This document shows positions 17,419 through 26,538 of a stretch of DNA of 64,000 nt, piece by piece. The stretch's first letter is position 1. The number at the start of each line of letters is the position of its first letter. The notes below the pieces were generated by a model. The model was not told where the DNA came from. It made no database searches and worked only from the letters and a program-made list of their open reading frames with translations. A program made the translations under genes and the position numbers. This stretch comes from an uncultured Candidatus Poseidoniales archaeon (GTDB lineage: Archaea; Thermoplasmatota; Poseidoniia; Poseidoniales; Thalassarchaeaceae): contig CAYLUC010000002.1 of NCBI GenBank assembly GCA_964386765.1, forward strand, positions 2,202 to 66,201, written 5' to 3'.

Positions 17419-19161
17419 ATGAGTGAAGAGAATGGAGTAATTTACCGGATATCCGGACCAGTGGTAACAGCAATTGGAATATCGCCTAGAATGTACGAGG
17501 TCGTGCGAGTGGGTCATGAGGGACTGATGGGCGAGGTAATCGAGCTACACGGGGAGCAGTCAGTCATACAGGTCTACGAGGAGACGTCTGGCATCAAGCC
17601 AGGCGAACCCGTCGTTAGAACCGGTCAGACCCTGTCCGTGCAACTGGGACCGGGGCTCTTGACTCAGATATACGACGGAATCCAACGCCCTCTTCCAAAG
17701 TTGGAGGAGACCATGGGCGTCTTCATCACCAGAGGTGTTGATGCGGATGGTCTTGATCTAGAGAAGAAATGGGACTTCAAAGCCACCGTAAAGAAAGGCG
17801 ACGAGGTCCACTCTGGACAGGTAATCGGAACAGTCCAGGAAACTGAGACCATTGAACACCGAGTGATGGTCCCACCTAACGTCTCTGGCAATGTGAAGAG
17901 CATCAAATCAGGCACATTCAACATCACCCAGCCCGTCTGCACTCTTGACGACGGAACTGAGATAGCAATGATGCAGGAGTGGCCGGTTCGCTCTCCAAGA
18001 CCATTCGTTCAGAAGTACGCTCCCGACGTGCCCCTAATTACGGGTCAGAGAATACTCGACTTCCTTTTCCCACTAGCCAAGGGCGGTACCGCGGGAATCC
18101 CCGGTCCGTTCGGATCAGGAAAAACCGTCACCCAGCAGCAATTGGCGAAGTGGTCAGACGCACAGATCGTGGTTTACATCGGATGTGGCGAGAGGGGCAA
18201 TGAGATGACCGAGGTTCTCGACGAGTTCCCTCATCTAATTGATCCAAATACAAACAAGCCCCTGATGAACAGGACTGTGATGATAGCCAACACCTCCAAC
18301 ATGCCAGTGGCTGCTAGAGAGGCATCAGTTTACACTGGAATAACGATAGCAGAGTACTTCAGAGATATGGGGTATAACGTGGCTCTCATGGCAGACTCCA
18401 CCAGCAGGTGGGCCGAAGCCATGAGGGAGATTTCTTCCAGGCTCGAGGAGATGCCAGGCGAGGAAGGATACCCGGCTTACCTATCAAGCAGGCTCGCTGA
18501 GTTCTACGAGCGTGCTGGAAGGGTCAGAACACTTGCAGGGGACGATGGATCGGTCTCCGTTATCGGAGCAGTTTCCCCTCCTGGAGGGGACATTTCTGAA
18601 CCCGTAAGCCAAGGAACCCTGAGGATTGTCAAGGTTTTCTGGGGCCTAGACGCTGGATTGGCCAGACAGAGGCACTTCCCTGCCATAAACTGGCTGAGTT
18701 CGTACAGCCTGTATCCTCAGGCACTCGATCAGTGGTATAGGGACAACATCGCATCGGACTTCCCCGAAGTCAGAACTGACATCAGTACCCTTCTCCAGGT
18801 CGAAGCGGAGCTTCAGGAGATCGTTCAACTGGTAGGTTCCGACGCACTGCCCGTCGATCAGCAACTCACTTTGGAAGTCGCGAGGATGATCAGAGAGTTC
18901 TTCCTCCAGCAGAACGCTTTCCACGATGTCGACACGTTCAGCGACTTAGATCTCCAGTATCACATGGCAAGAGCAATCCTCTCCTTCCAGGAGGAGGCGA
19001 AGAAGGCCATAGCAGGAGGTGCACAATTGGAAGATGTCGTCAACGTTCCAGCTAGGACCGACCTGATGAGGGGGCGTTTCGAGAAGGGTTACGACAAGAG
19101 GATAGGAGAACTCGTTACTGAAATGGGGCAGCAGATTGCTGCTAGTATGGAGGCCAACTGA
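17419..19161 (+). CDS. atpA: A-type ATP synthase catalytic subunit A
   Basis: 580 aa. Walker [10 protein letters not shown], an N-terminal beta-barrel and the non-homologous insert region. Strong overall match to V/A-type A subunits. Confidence 0.95.
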   Translation: MSEENGVIYRISGPVVTAIGISPRMYEVVRVGHEGLMGEVIELHGEQSVIQVYEETSGIKPGEPVVRTGQTLSVQLGPGLLTQIYDGIQRPLPKLEETMGVFITRGVDADGLDLEKKWDFKATVKKGDEVHSGQVIGTVQETETIEHRVMVPPNVSGNVKSIKSGTFNITQPVCTLDDGTEIAMMQEWPVRSPRPFVQKYAPDVPLITGQRILDFLFPLAKGGTAGIPGPFGSGKTVTQQQLAKWSDAQIVVYIGCGERGNEMTEVLDEFPHLIDPNTNKPLMNRTVMIANTSNMPVAAREASVYTGITIAEYFRDMGYNVALMADSTSRWAEAMREISSRLEEMPGEEGYPAYLSSRLAEFYERAGRVRTLAGDDGSVSVIGAVSPPGGDISEPVSQGTLRIVKVFWGLDAGLARQRHFPAINWLSSYSLYPQALDQWYRDNIASDFPEVRTDISTLLQVEAELQEIVQLVGSDALPVDQQLTLEVARMIREFFLQQNAFHDVDTFSDLDLQYHMARAILSFQEEAKKAIAGGAQLEDVVNVPARTDLMRGRFEKGYDKRIGELVTEMGQQIAASMEAN

Positions 19162-19172
19162 GGGGTGATATC

Positions 19173-20570
19173 ATGAGCGGAAAAGAATACAGAACAATAA
19201 CTGACGTAAAGGGTCCACTAGTGTTCCTAAACAAGACAGAACCAGTTTCATTCGGTGAGATAGTCCAACTTCGACTTAGTGATGGGTCAATGAAGAATGG
19301 ACAGGTTCTAGACACCTCAGATGACCAAGTAATCGTGCAGGTATTCGAAGGAACATCCTCGGTCGACAGACAGACAGGCGTAAAGTTCCTCGGAGACGTC
19401 TTCAAGCTCCCTGTTAGCAAGGGTTTGATTGGTAGAATCCTGGATGGTGCAGGGAGGCCGAGGGACGGCGGCCCGGAAATTGTCGCCGATGAGATGGCCG
19501 ACATTATCGGTGCAGCAATTAACCCATACTCCAGACAGAGCCCAGAGTCTTTCATACAGACAGGAATCTCGGCCATAGACGCATGTACTTCCCTTGTTAG
19601 GGGGCAGAAACTGCCTATCTTCAGTGCGAGTGGGTTGCCTCACAATGACATAGCCCTACAGATCGCAAGACAAGCAAAGTTGGTTGGCAGCGATGACGAT
19701 TTCGTGGTGGTGTTCTGCGCGATGGGAATCACAGCAGAAGAGTACAACTTCTTCGTCCACGATTTGGAGAGGACTGGCGCATTGGAGAATGCGGCCCTCT
19801 TCGTAAATCTGGCTGACGACCCAGCGGTTGAGAGGCTTATCACCCCAAGGCTCGCACTAACTGCAGCCGAGTACCTAGCTTTCGAGCATGACTACCACGT
19901 GCTGGTCATTTACACTGACATGACGAACTACTGTGAGTCATTAAGGCAGATTGGTGCAGCAAGAGAAGAGGTCCCAGGACGTAGGGGATATCCGGGTTAC
20001 ATGTACACAGACCTAGCAATGCTTTACGAAAGGGCCGGACTTGTCAAGGGTAAGAAGGGGTCGATCACCCAGTTCCCGATCTTAACAATGCCGGGTGACG
20101 ACATTACTCACCCGATTCCAGACCTTTCCGGGTATATCACAGAGGGACAGATAGTTATCTCTCGTGAGCTTCATCAGAAGGGAATCTACCCCCCAATCAA
20201 CGTACTTCCTTCCCTATCCAGGCTAATGAACGCGGGCATAGGACCAGGAAAAACGAGAGAGGACCACAAGTCGGTTTCCGACCAACTATACGCCGCATAC
20301 GCGCAAGGCCGGGAGTTGAGGGGTCTCGTTGCGATTGTGGGAGAGGACGCCCTCAATGAGAGAGATTTGCAACTGCTAAAGTTCTCCGACATCTTCGAGG
20401 ACCAGTTCCTGAGACAAAGCAGAGACGAGGATCGTTCGATAAACGAGGGAACCCTAGATTTGGCTTGGGATCTACTTTCAAACATCGACACCAAGTATCT
20501 GGTGAGACTCGATCAGAAGTGGATCGACAAGTACCACCCAACGGACCGAAAGGACTCGGAAGAGGAATAA
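19173..20570 (+). CDS. atpB: A-type ATP synthase subunit B
   Basis: 465 aa regulatory subunit with the characteristic GERTREG-like region ([15 protein letters not shown]). Confidence 0.95.
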   Translation: MSGKEYRTITDVKGPLVFLNKTEPVSFGEIVQLRLSDGSMKNGQVLDTSDDQVIVQVFEGTSSVDRQTGVKFLGDVFKLPVSKGLIGRILDGAGRPRDGGPEIVADEMADIIGAAINPYSRQSPESFIQTGISAIDACTSLVRGQKLPIFSASGLPHNDIALQIARQAKLVGSDDDFVVVFCAMGITAEEYNFFVHDLERTGALENAALFVNLADDPAVERLITPRLALTAAEYLAFEHDYHVLVIYTDMTNYCESLRQIGAAREEVPGRRGYPGYMYTDLAMLYERAGLVKGKKGSITQFPILTMPGDDITHPIPDLSGYITEGQIVISRELHQKGIYPPINVLPSLSRLMNAGIGPGKTREDHKSVSDQLYAAYAQGRELRGLVAIVGEDALNERDLQLLKFSDIFEDQFLRQSRDEDRSINEGTLDLAWDLLSNIDTKYLVRLDQKWIDKYHPTDRKDSEEE

Positions 20571-20592
20571 TTACTCAGGAGGTGATTGAAAC

Positions 20593-21210
20593 ATGGCTCT
20601 AGACATCAAGCCCACCCGGTCAGAGCTGATCAATCTGAAGAGGAGAATCAAGCAGACATCCAGTGGGTACAACCTGCTCAAGATGAAGAGGGACGGCCTT
20701 TTTCACGAATTCAGAACACTTCTTTCTGAGATGATAGCTGCTAGAGAGGAATTGGTCGGGACTTACAGAGAGGCCCTTCAGGCAATCAGTCTGGCTTCCT
20801 CCATAGAGGGCGGGCTATCGGTGAAGAGTGCTGCCATCGCGGCATCCAAAAGACCCGAGGTAACCGTTTCCAGGAGGAACATAATGGGAGTAGTAGTCCC
20901 GAAAGTGGATGGGGAGAACCTGAAACTTTCAATGGAAGACAGGGGACTCGGACTAGTCGGGGGCTCTCCGTACATAGACGAGGCGGCGGACTCATACTCG
21001 CTACTGATTGAGAAAGTGGTCAAGGCAGCTGAGATGGAGGCGACTTTGAAGAGGCTACTCGAGGAAATAGAGGCCACTAAGAGGAGGGTCAACGCTCTGG
21101 AATTCAAGGTCATCCCGGAGATGAAAGAGGCACAGGCCTTCATCCAACTGCGCCTCGAAGAGATGGAAAGGGAAGAAACCTTCAGACTCAAGAGATTCAA
21201 GAATAAGTGA
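20593..21210 (+). CDS. atpD: A-type ATP synthase subunit D
   Basis: 205 aa coiled-coil central-stalk subunit, last gene of the operon. Confidence 0.9.
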   Translation: MALDIKPTRSELINLKRRIKQTSSGYNLLKMKRDGLFHEFRTLLSEMIAAREELVGTYREALQAISLASSIEGGLSVKSAAIAASKRPEVTVSRRNIMGVVVPKVDGENLKLSMEDRGLGLVGGSPYIDEAADSYSLLIEKVVKAAEMEATLKRLLEEIEATKRRVNALEFKVIPEMKEAQAFIQLRLEEMEREETFRLKRFKNK

Positions 21211-21219
21211 GGGCTAATT

Positions 21220-21236
21220 CGCTCTCGTAGAGAGCG
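21220..21236 (+). terminator. perfect stem-loop CGCTCTC-GTA-GAGAGCG, 10 bp after the atpD stop (possible operon-end hairpin)
   Basis: 7-bp GC-rich perfect inverted repeat with a 3-nt loop immediately downstream of the last ATP synthase gene. No T-tract follows, so its function is uncertain. Confidence 0.3.
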
Positions 21237-21269
21237 AGGGGTCAAAACACAGCACTTCTGGCACTAACT

Positions 21270-23774
21270 GTGACCGAGGCGCAGCCGACCCCCGAAAGAC
21301 TCGTCTTGGACAACGAGACCTGGAGTCACAGGGACCTTGCCGAAGTTATCTCATCGAGGTATTTCGTTCTCGGCGATGATGAGATGGGCGCCGCTTCATG
21401 GAGGGTAAGGGGCCACGATGGAAAGGACGAGGGCGACTGCCTCGTGGAGCTGAACCGGCATCTGTCCCCACTTGGGATGATAGGGGTACTGGATTTGGGA
21501 AACCCCCCCGTCCTCTCAATATCCGAGCTTCCCAGTGGGATCCCGGTGCTGCCGAAATGGCAACAGTTCGCCGTTTGGATGGCCATGTTCTCGTTCATGA
21601 CAATCGCCGGTATCGGCCTGATTTCGAGAAATGATCCAGACGCCCAATTTGGAATGGAAGCCATCTCCCAGGCAACATTGTCATTCTCCATCCCCCTCAT
21701 TTTGGCAGTAGCGCTGTCTAGCGAGATTAGGAGGGCAGTCGCAAAGAGGCATGGTGTCGCATTGAGGGGTTTGGTCCCCCTGGGATTCCCCCTTGCAGAT
21801 GCCATTTGGCCATTCGGCGTGGCTGGGTTGCTGCCTCAGAACCGCCCGGATCAAGTCCCATATCCCAACAGGAGGGCATTGGCTCAAGTCGAGTTGTCCG
21901 CTCCATTGGTGACATTCTCATGCGGTGTTTTGCTGTCAATAGTCGGTCTGAGCATGACCTCAACCAGCCCACCCGGTATCAACTCCGCTCCACTGGTCGT
22001 TTCTGCTAATCCCCTGTTGGAACACCTTTCAAACCCATGGCTCGGTGATGATCTGGCTACAAGGCTACAGTGGCTACACCCGACGGGAGTTGCCGGTATC
22101 GGACTCTGCGCCGTCTCATGGATCATGATGATGCCAATTCCAGGCTTCCCCGGGGATCACCTCTTGCACGCAATTTTCGGACCCGACAGCATCCTGGCTG
22201 AAGACAAGCAGACGTACATCTTCGCACTGACTCTGATAATGATGGTCATCGCATTCTCCAGCAACACATGGCTACCATGGCTTTTCCTTGCCGCCCTTGC
22301 TACCTGGAGGAGGTTTAGCCCCAATCCCCTGCTGGACCCTTTCGTGGTGGATGAGCATTCGGGGCTCGACGACATCTCTCGAAACAGGACGATAGCAGCC
22401 GTCATGGTGATCCTGGTCGCAGGATTCCCCGGGATCAACGGGGCATACCATCTGCAAGACTGGGATGAGGGCCTCTCGACCGAGTCATGGCCTGAGTACG
22501 CCTCCTTCGAGGATGGGCACGCTGAGATCGACCTGCTCCTGGAGCCGACCGGAGTATTGCCCGTGTCCGGCTGGCTGCAGATGAGGGTAGAGGGCGCGAG
22601 TAGTGTCGACTGGCAGATCAATTCCAAGTGTCTAGACGAACGAGGAGTATGCAGATTCGACGACATCACCCAAGCGTCACAGGGCAGCATAGAAATTGAA
22701 CTTTCGATAGTCCCTCCCCATTCCCCCGAGATGACATCAGTCATCTCAGAGAATATGACTTTCAGACTAGTAGTCTTAATTGATGTCGATGGTCATGTTT
22801 CCGAGCACTCAGTACTGTTCGAATCGGCCGACTCAACCTCGTCTATAGCTCCTCTTTGGGAATTGGTCGAGGATACATCGACCCCTAGGATATGTGTAAA
22901 GATGAGGGTCTCTGAAGGGGACTATGTCAATCTGAGTCTTCATTCTCATTGGGCGGCATTCTGGTCCTTCGAGAACGAGACTTCACTCGCAGAAGGAACA
23001 CACGACTTGTGCCTGAGGGGAAAGTTCGGAGCCTTCCACTATTCGTCCCATCATCTGTTCCGAGATGAGCAACACCTCCTCCTCGGACCACCGATTATCC
23101 TAGGACGAGATGGCCAACAAGATGAGTGGCTCTCCATGCCAATCGAGGGCACTATGCCAAAACTGCATGTCTCAGGCGAGGAGTGGAAGTTACCCGAAGA
23201 CATGGTGAGTTGGATGGTTTCGAAACAGTATTCCCTTTCTTATGTCGAATCAGGCCCCGTTTTCTGCCCTTCTACCGATGTGATACCGGAGGTAAATGCT
23301 ACGGGCGATTGGGTTCGCGAACTGGCCGACCGCTCCTCTATTCTATTCGCCCCTCCATATGAGAATCCCTCGGAGACTGGCACCATCAGGATAGATAATT
23401 ATGGCTGGCTTCTGGTCTGTAATGGGACGCACATCGTAAAGCTGTGGGAAGTAACCGAAGGGCCGGAGGTGCTGATCAATGGATTTCCAAGTGGCTCCAC
23501 ATTCCCGGGCAGCTCCCAGAATCCTAACCTTGGATTTATTGGTTTCACAATAGAGAACAGGGAGAACTACTCGATGCCCCTGTCAATGGAACTTTCAGGT
23601 GATGCGGGCATCTGGTCCATGCCCTCCTCGGACATTTCTGCTGTCGGACCGATGGAGACCTTGCAAATCGAGCCTGCCACTACTAGCGGATGTTGCTCTG
23701 CATTCTGGGTGACGGCCGACGAGGACGGCATAACGATCCACTACGCAGCCCGCTCCGAAGGGGTTGTGCCATGA
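21270..23774 (+). CDS. Large polytopic membrane protein; site-2-protease (M50)-like core with degenerate metal-binding motifs plus a roughly 450-aa C-terminal extracytoplasmic domain
   Basis: 834 aa. The annotated start is GTG 21270; the first ATG is 21384. Multiple TM helices. LAVALSSEIRRAVAKRHGVALRGLVPLGF aligns to the M50 HExxH helix (consensus LLHELGHALVARRYGV...LPFGG) with both His replaced. MMPIPGFPGDHLLHA aligns to the M50 NxxPxxxLDGG motif. The hydrophilic C-terminal half is Cys-containing. Confidence 0.7.
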   Translation: MTEAQPTPERLVLDNETWSHRDLAEVISSRYFVLGDDEMGAASWRVRGHDGKDEGDCLVELNRHLSPLGMIGVLDLGNPPVLSISELPSGIPVLPKWQQFAVWMAMFSFMTIAGIGLISRNDPDAQFGMEAISQATLSFSIPLILAVALSSEIRRAVAKRHGVALRGLVPLGFPLADAIWPFGVAGLLPQNRPDQVPYPNRRALAQVELSAPLVTFSCGVLLSIVGLSMTSTSPPGINSAPLVVSANPLLEHLSNPWLGDDLATRLQWLHPTGVAGIGLCAVSWIMMMPIPGFPGDHLLHAIFGPDSILAEDKQTYIFALTLIMMVIAFSSNTWLPWLFLAALATWRRFSPNPLLDPFVVDEHSGLDDISRNRTIAAVMVILVAGFPGINGAYHLQDWDEGLSTESWPEYASFEDGHAEIDLLLEPTGVLPVSGWLQMRVEGASSVDWQINSKCLDERGVCRFDDITQASQGSIEIELSIVPPHSPEMTSVISENMTFRLVVLIDVDGHVSEHSVLFESADSTSSIAPLWELVEDTSTPRICVKMRVSEGDYVNLSLHSHWAAFWSFENETSLAEGTHDLCLRGKFGAFHYSSHHLFRDEQHLLLGPPIILGRDGQQDEWLSMPIEGTMPKLHVSGEEWKLPEDMVSWMVSKQYSLSYVESGPVFCPSTDVIPEVNATGDWVRELADRSSILFAPPYENPSETGTIRIDNYGWLLVCNGTHIVKLWEVTEGPEVLINGFPSGSTFPGSSQNPNLGFIGFTIENRENYSMPLSMELSGDAGIWSMPSSDISAVGPMETLQIEPATTSGCCSAFWVTADEDGITIHYAARSEGVVP

Positions 23775-24721
23775 GGATAGCGATTCTCGGTGTCGGATCG
23801 ATAGGCACCGTGATTCTCGGAAGCCTGTCCGACACTGACGCCGAGATTGTGGCAGTCTCAAGGGGACAGAGGTTCGACGAGCTGGCCAATGAGGGAGTCA
23901 TCCTGCACTCTCCCGAGGGGTCCATTGAAGTGATACCTCCTGAGAGGTATGAGGCCGTTGACAGCGAGTCAGGACCGATTCCTCCGAGTTTGAGGAAGTC
24001 GTGCGACGCTATCGTCATCTCGGGCAAGTCCTCATCCACCCCAATCCTGTCTCAGATCGCGGAGGAGCTCCTGAGCGAGGGCGGAGTCGTGATGAGCATC
24101 CAGAACGGCATGGGGCACGCTGAGGTGATCTCCAGCAGGGTCGGAAGGGGCTCTGTGCTGGGAGGGACGACCACACATGGTGCTTGGACGGGGGAGTCTG
24201 GCAGTCATTGGGTGGGAAGGGGCTCGATCAGAATGGGGAATCTCGGTGGTGGACCTGCGAACGGGAGTGCTGAGTTGCTGTACCAATACCTGTCAGAGGC
24301 ATCTCTCAATCCAGAGTGGGACTTGGACATCCAAAGGTCAATCTGGACCAAACTCTTGGTCAACGTGGCAATAAACCCAATCTGTTCCATAGCAGGGGTG
24401 AGGAACGGGGCGCTTCTGGAATCTACATACTTGTGGGACCAAGCCCTGTCCGCTATGTCAGAGGCATCAGCGGTTGCTCAGGCATGCGGCGTGGATCTGG
24501 GCGATACCGACTTAGAAGACCTTCTCAGAGGGGTGGCCAAGTCAACTGCCGACAATAGGTGCTCGATGCTGCAGGATCTGATGTCGGGACGTAAGACCGA
24601 GATAGAGTCAATCTGCGGGGCTATTGTGAGCAAGGGCGAGGATGTCGGAATCCCAACGCCCCGGAACTCAATGCTGCTTGCTCTTGTGAAGGGAATCGAG
24701 TCGTCATCACACTTGGACTGA
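23771..24721 (+). CDS. panE: 2-dehydropantoate 2-reductase (ketopantoate reductase, PanE/ApbA family)
   Basis: The start ATG at 23771 overlaps the upstream stop (ATGA). N-terminal Rossmann fold MRIAILGVGSIGTVILG, and the conserved KLLVNVAINP and NRCSMLQDL..GRKTEIESICG motifs. Confidence 0.8.
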   Translation: MRIAILGVGSIGTVILGSLSDTDAEIVAVSRGQRFDELANEGVILHSPEGSIEVIPPERYEAVDSESGPIPPSLRKSCDAIVISGKSSSTPILSQIAEELLSEGGVVMSIQNGMGHAEVISSRVGRGSVLGGTTTHGAWTGESGSHWVGRGSIRMGNLGGGPANGSAELLYQYLSEASLNPEWDLDIQRSIWTKLLVNVAINPICSIAGVRNGALLESTYLWDQALSAMSEASAVAQACGVDLGDTDLEDLLRGVAKSTADNRCSMLQDLMSGRKTEIESICGAIVSKGEDVGIPTPRNSMLLALVKGIESSSHLD

Positions 24722-26380
24722 TTGAACAAGGTCTAGGTTGTAGTGGAGGCCCACGTTCTCTCTCCTTTTTTTCGAAGCGTCCACCACCATCTGGGAAACC
24801 ATAACTAGATTTCTTAACTCCACAAGGTCCTGAGTGGGCTTGCAATTCTTCCATGTCAGAGAGACTTCTTTCTCGATGTGTGCCAGCCTTCTTTCAGCCC
24901 TCTCCAGCCGTGAGTCGCTCTTCACAATTCCAACATCCTGCGTCATCGTTGTTCTGAGCGCCTCTAGGTCGGTCCTCAGTGGGGCGTGCTCTACTAGGGT
25001 GTCAAGGTCATCAGCCCTCCAGTCGGGCAGACCCACGGGGGCATCTCCAAGCTCACCCTTGTGCCAGCCATCAATTATCTGTCCTGCCGCTCTTTCTGAG
25101 AAAACCACAGCCTCTAGGAGGCTATTCGATGCAAGGCGATTGGCCCCGTGTAGCCCCGTGCATGCAACCTCCCCAATCGCATATAGCCCTGGCATTGGAG
25201 AGCCATTGTGAGTCGCCCTTCCCAAACTATCAACCCCTATGCCTCCAACCATATAGTGAGCTGCAGGAGTCACGGGAATCGGATCCTCCCCTAGGGATAA
25301 CCCAATTTCTGCAAGCCTACCGGATATCGTGGGAAAAGCCTCCCTTAGATCACTCGCATCAAGGTGCTCAGTAACCAGTAGGACATGGGGGTCCCCACTC
25401 ATCTTCAACTCATGGTCAATTGCTCTGGCTACCACATCTCTTGTTCCGAGACTCCCAAGTTCTGAGTGCCTCATCATGAACGACTCTTCATTGGGGTCCG
25501 AATGCGAACCTGAGGACGCCCATCCCTCATGCTCACTAATTGTCATCAAGACTGCTCCATGCCCCCTCATCGCTTCACTAATCAGGAATGGCCTAGGGCT
25601 GTTAACAGACAGGGAAGTTGGATGGAATTGTATGAATTCCATATCCCTGATATCCGCCCCCGCTCTGTGGGCCATGGCCACACCATCACCAGTTGCTATG
25701 GAGGGATTTGTAGTCACCTTGTGCATCATGCCCGAACCTCCTGTGGCGAGAACGACCACCTTAGCTGGAAGAGTACGAACCTTGCCATCTGGATTTAGGC
25801 ACCAGACTCCGGAAACCCCCTCTTCAGGATTTCCATGACTCCTCTGGATGAGGTCGACCGCCATCCAATTCTCCATTATCCGGAAGTCTGAATCAGACTC
25901 AGCAGAGGCGACGTCGGTCAAGGCTCGCTCAATCTCTTGTCCTGTCCGATCCCTTGAATGGAGAATTCTGGCACCACTATGACCGCCCTCCTTGGCCATG
26001 TCAAAAGTCCCGTCATCCCCCCGATCGAACCTCACTCCATGTTCAATTAGATCCCTTATTCTCAGTGCAGCCTCGCCTATGACGCTTCGAACCACCTCCT
26101 CGTCACAGATCCCACCGCCAGCCGACAAGGTGTCTTTGACATGGGCCTCTATTGCATCGACATCATCTATGTCCAACACTCCGGCGATGCCACCTTGTGC
26201 CCAGTTTGTCGATGAGGTCCTGACGCCCTTCTTCGTTACCACAGCGACACTCATGCCATCTCTGGCGCATCTCACAGCTAGGAATAATCCTGCGATTCCG
26301 GATCCAACTACGGCCACATCAACCGACTCCAGAGATGCGGCGGAGCTCTCAATTTCCACAAACGTCCCAAGGCGAGCCAC
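24707..26380 (-). CDS. nadB: L-aspartate oxidase (NadB); fumarate-reductase/succinate-dehydrogenase flavoprotein family
   Basis: 557 aa. FAD motifs VAVVGSGIAGL and TNWAQGGIAGV, with no His at the SdhA covalent-FAD position, which favours NadB. Also HSRDRTGQEIERAL and FHPTSL. Confidence 0.75.
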   Translation of the reverse strand: MARLGTFVEIESSAASLESVDVAVVGSGIAGLFLAVRCARDGMSVAVVTKKGVRTSSTNWAQGGIAGVLDIDDVDAIEAHVKDTLSAGGGICDEEVVRSVIGEAALRIRDLIEHGVRFDRGDDGTFDMAKEGGHSGARILHSRDRTGQEIERALTDVASAESDSDFRIMENWMAVDLIQRSHGNPEEGVSGVWCLNPDGKVRTLPAKVVVLATGGSGMMHKVTTNPSIATGDGVAMAHRAGADIRDMEFIQFHPTSLSVNSPRPFLISEAMRGHGAVLMTISEHEGWASSGSHSDPNEESFMMRHSELGSLGTRDVVARAIDHELKMSGDPHVLLVTEHLDASDLREAFPTISGRLAEIGLSLGEDPIPVTPAAHYMVGGIGVDSLGRATHNGSPMPGLYAIGEVACTGLHGANRLASNSLLEAVVFSERAAGQIIDGWHKGELGDAPVGLPDWRADDLDTLVEHAPLRTDLEALRTTMTQDVGIVKSDSRLERAERRLAHIEKEVSLTWKNCKPTQDLVELRNLVMVSQMVVDASKKRRENVGLHYNLDLVQSVQV

Positions 26381-26492
26381 CCTAGAATCTTCGCAATGTT
26401 ACACTCTCCTTCGGCGTTTCGAAACGAGCAGGAGAAACGTTGTGCCGTGCTTTCGTATGCCTCAACATTCATAGGATAAAAGGCATGGAGCC

Positions 26493-26514
26493 GGCGATTA
26501 GCGTCGGCGAAAAT
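26493..26514 (+). promoter_or_regulatory. near-perfect 22-bp palindrome GTCGGCGAAAATTTTTGCCGAC, about 25 bp upstream of the smc start codon
   Basis: Dyad symmetry with one mismatch, centred on AAAATTTTT. It lies at a typical distance for a BRE/TATA or an operator of the smc-scpA-scpB operon. Confidence 0.35.
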
Positions 26515-26538
26515 TTTTGCCGACTCTTAGGTGATGGG

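Noticed and set aside
22157-22744. 195-aa minus ORF and other antisense ORFs inside the large membrane protein gene, plus the plus-strand ORFs 24834..25838 inside nadB
   Set aside because: They are antisense to genes with strong motif support, and they are low-complexity and Ser/Pro/Arg-rich, as expected for GC-rich antisense frames.
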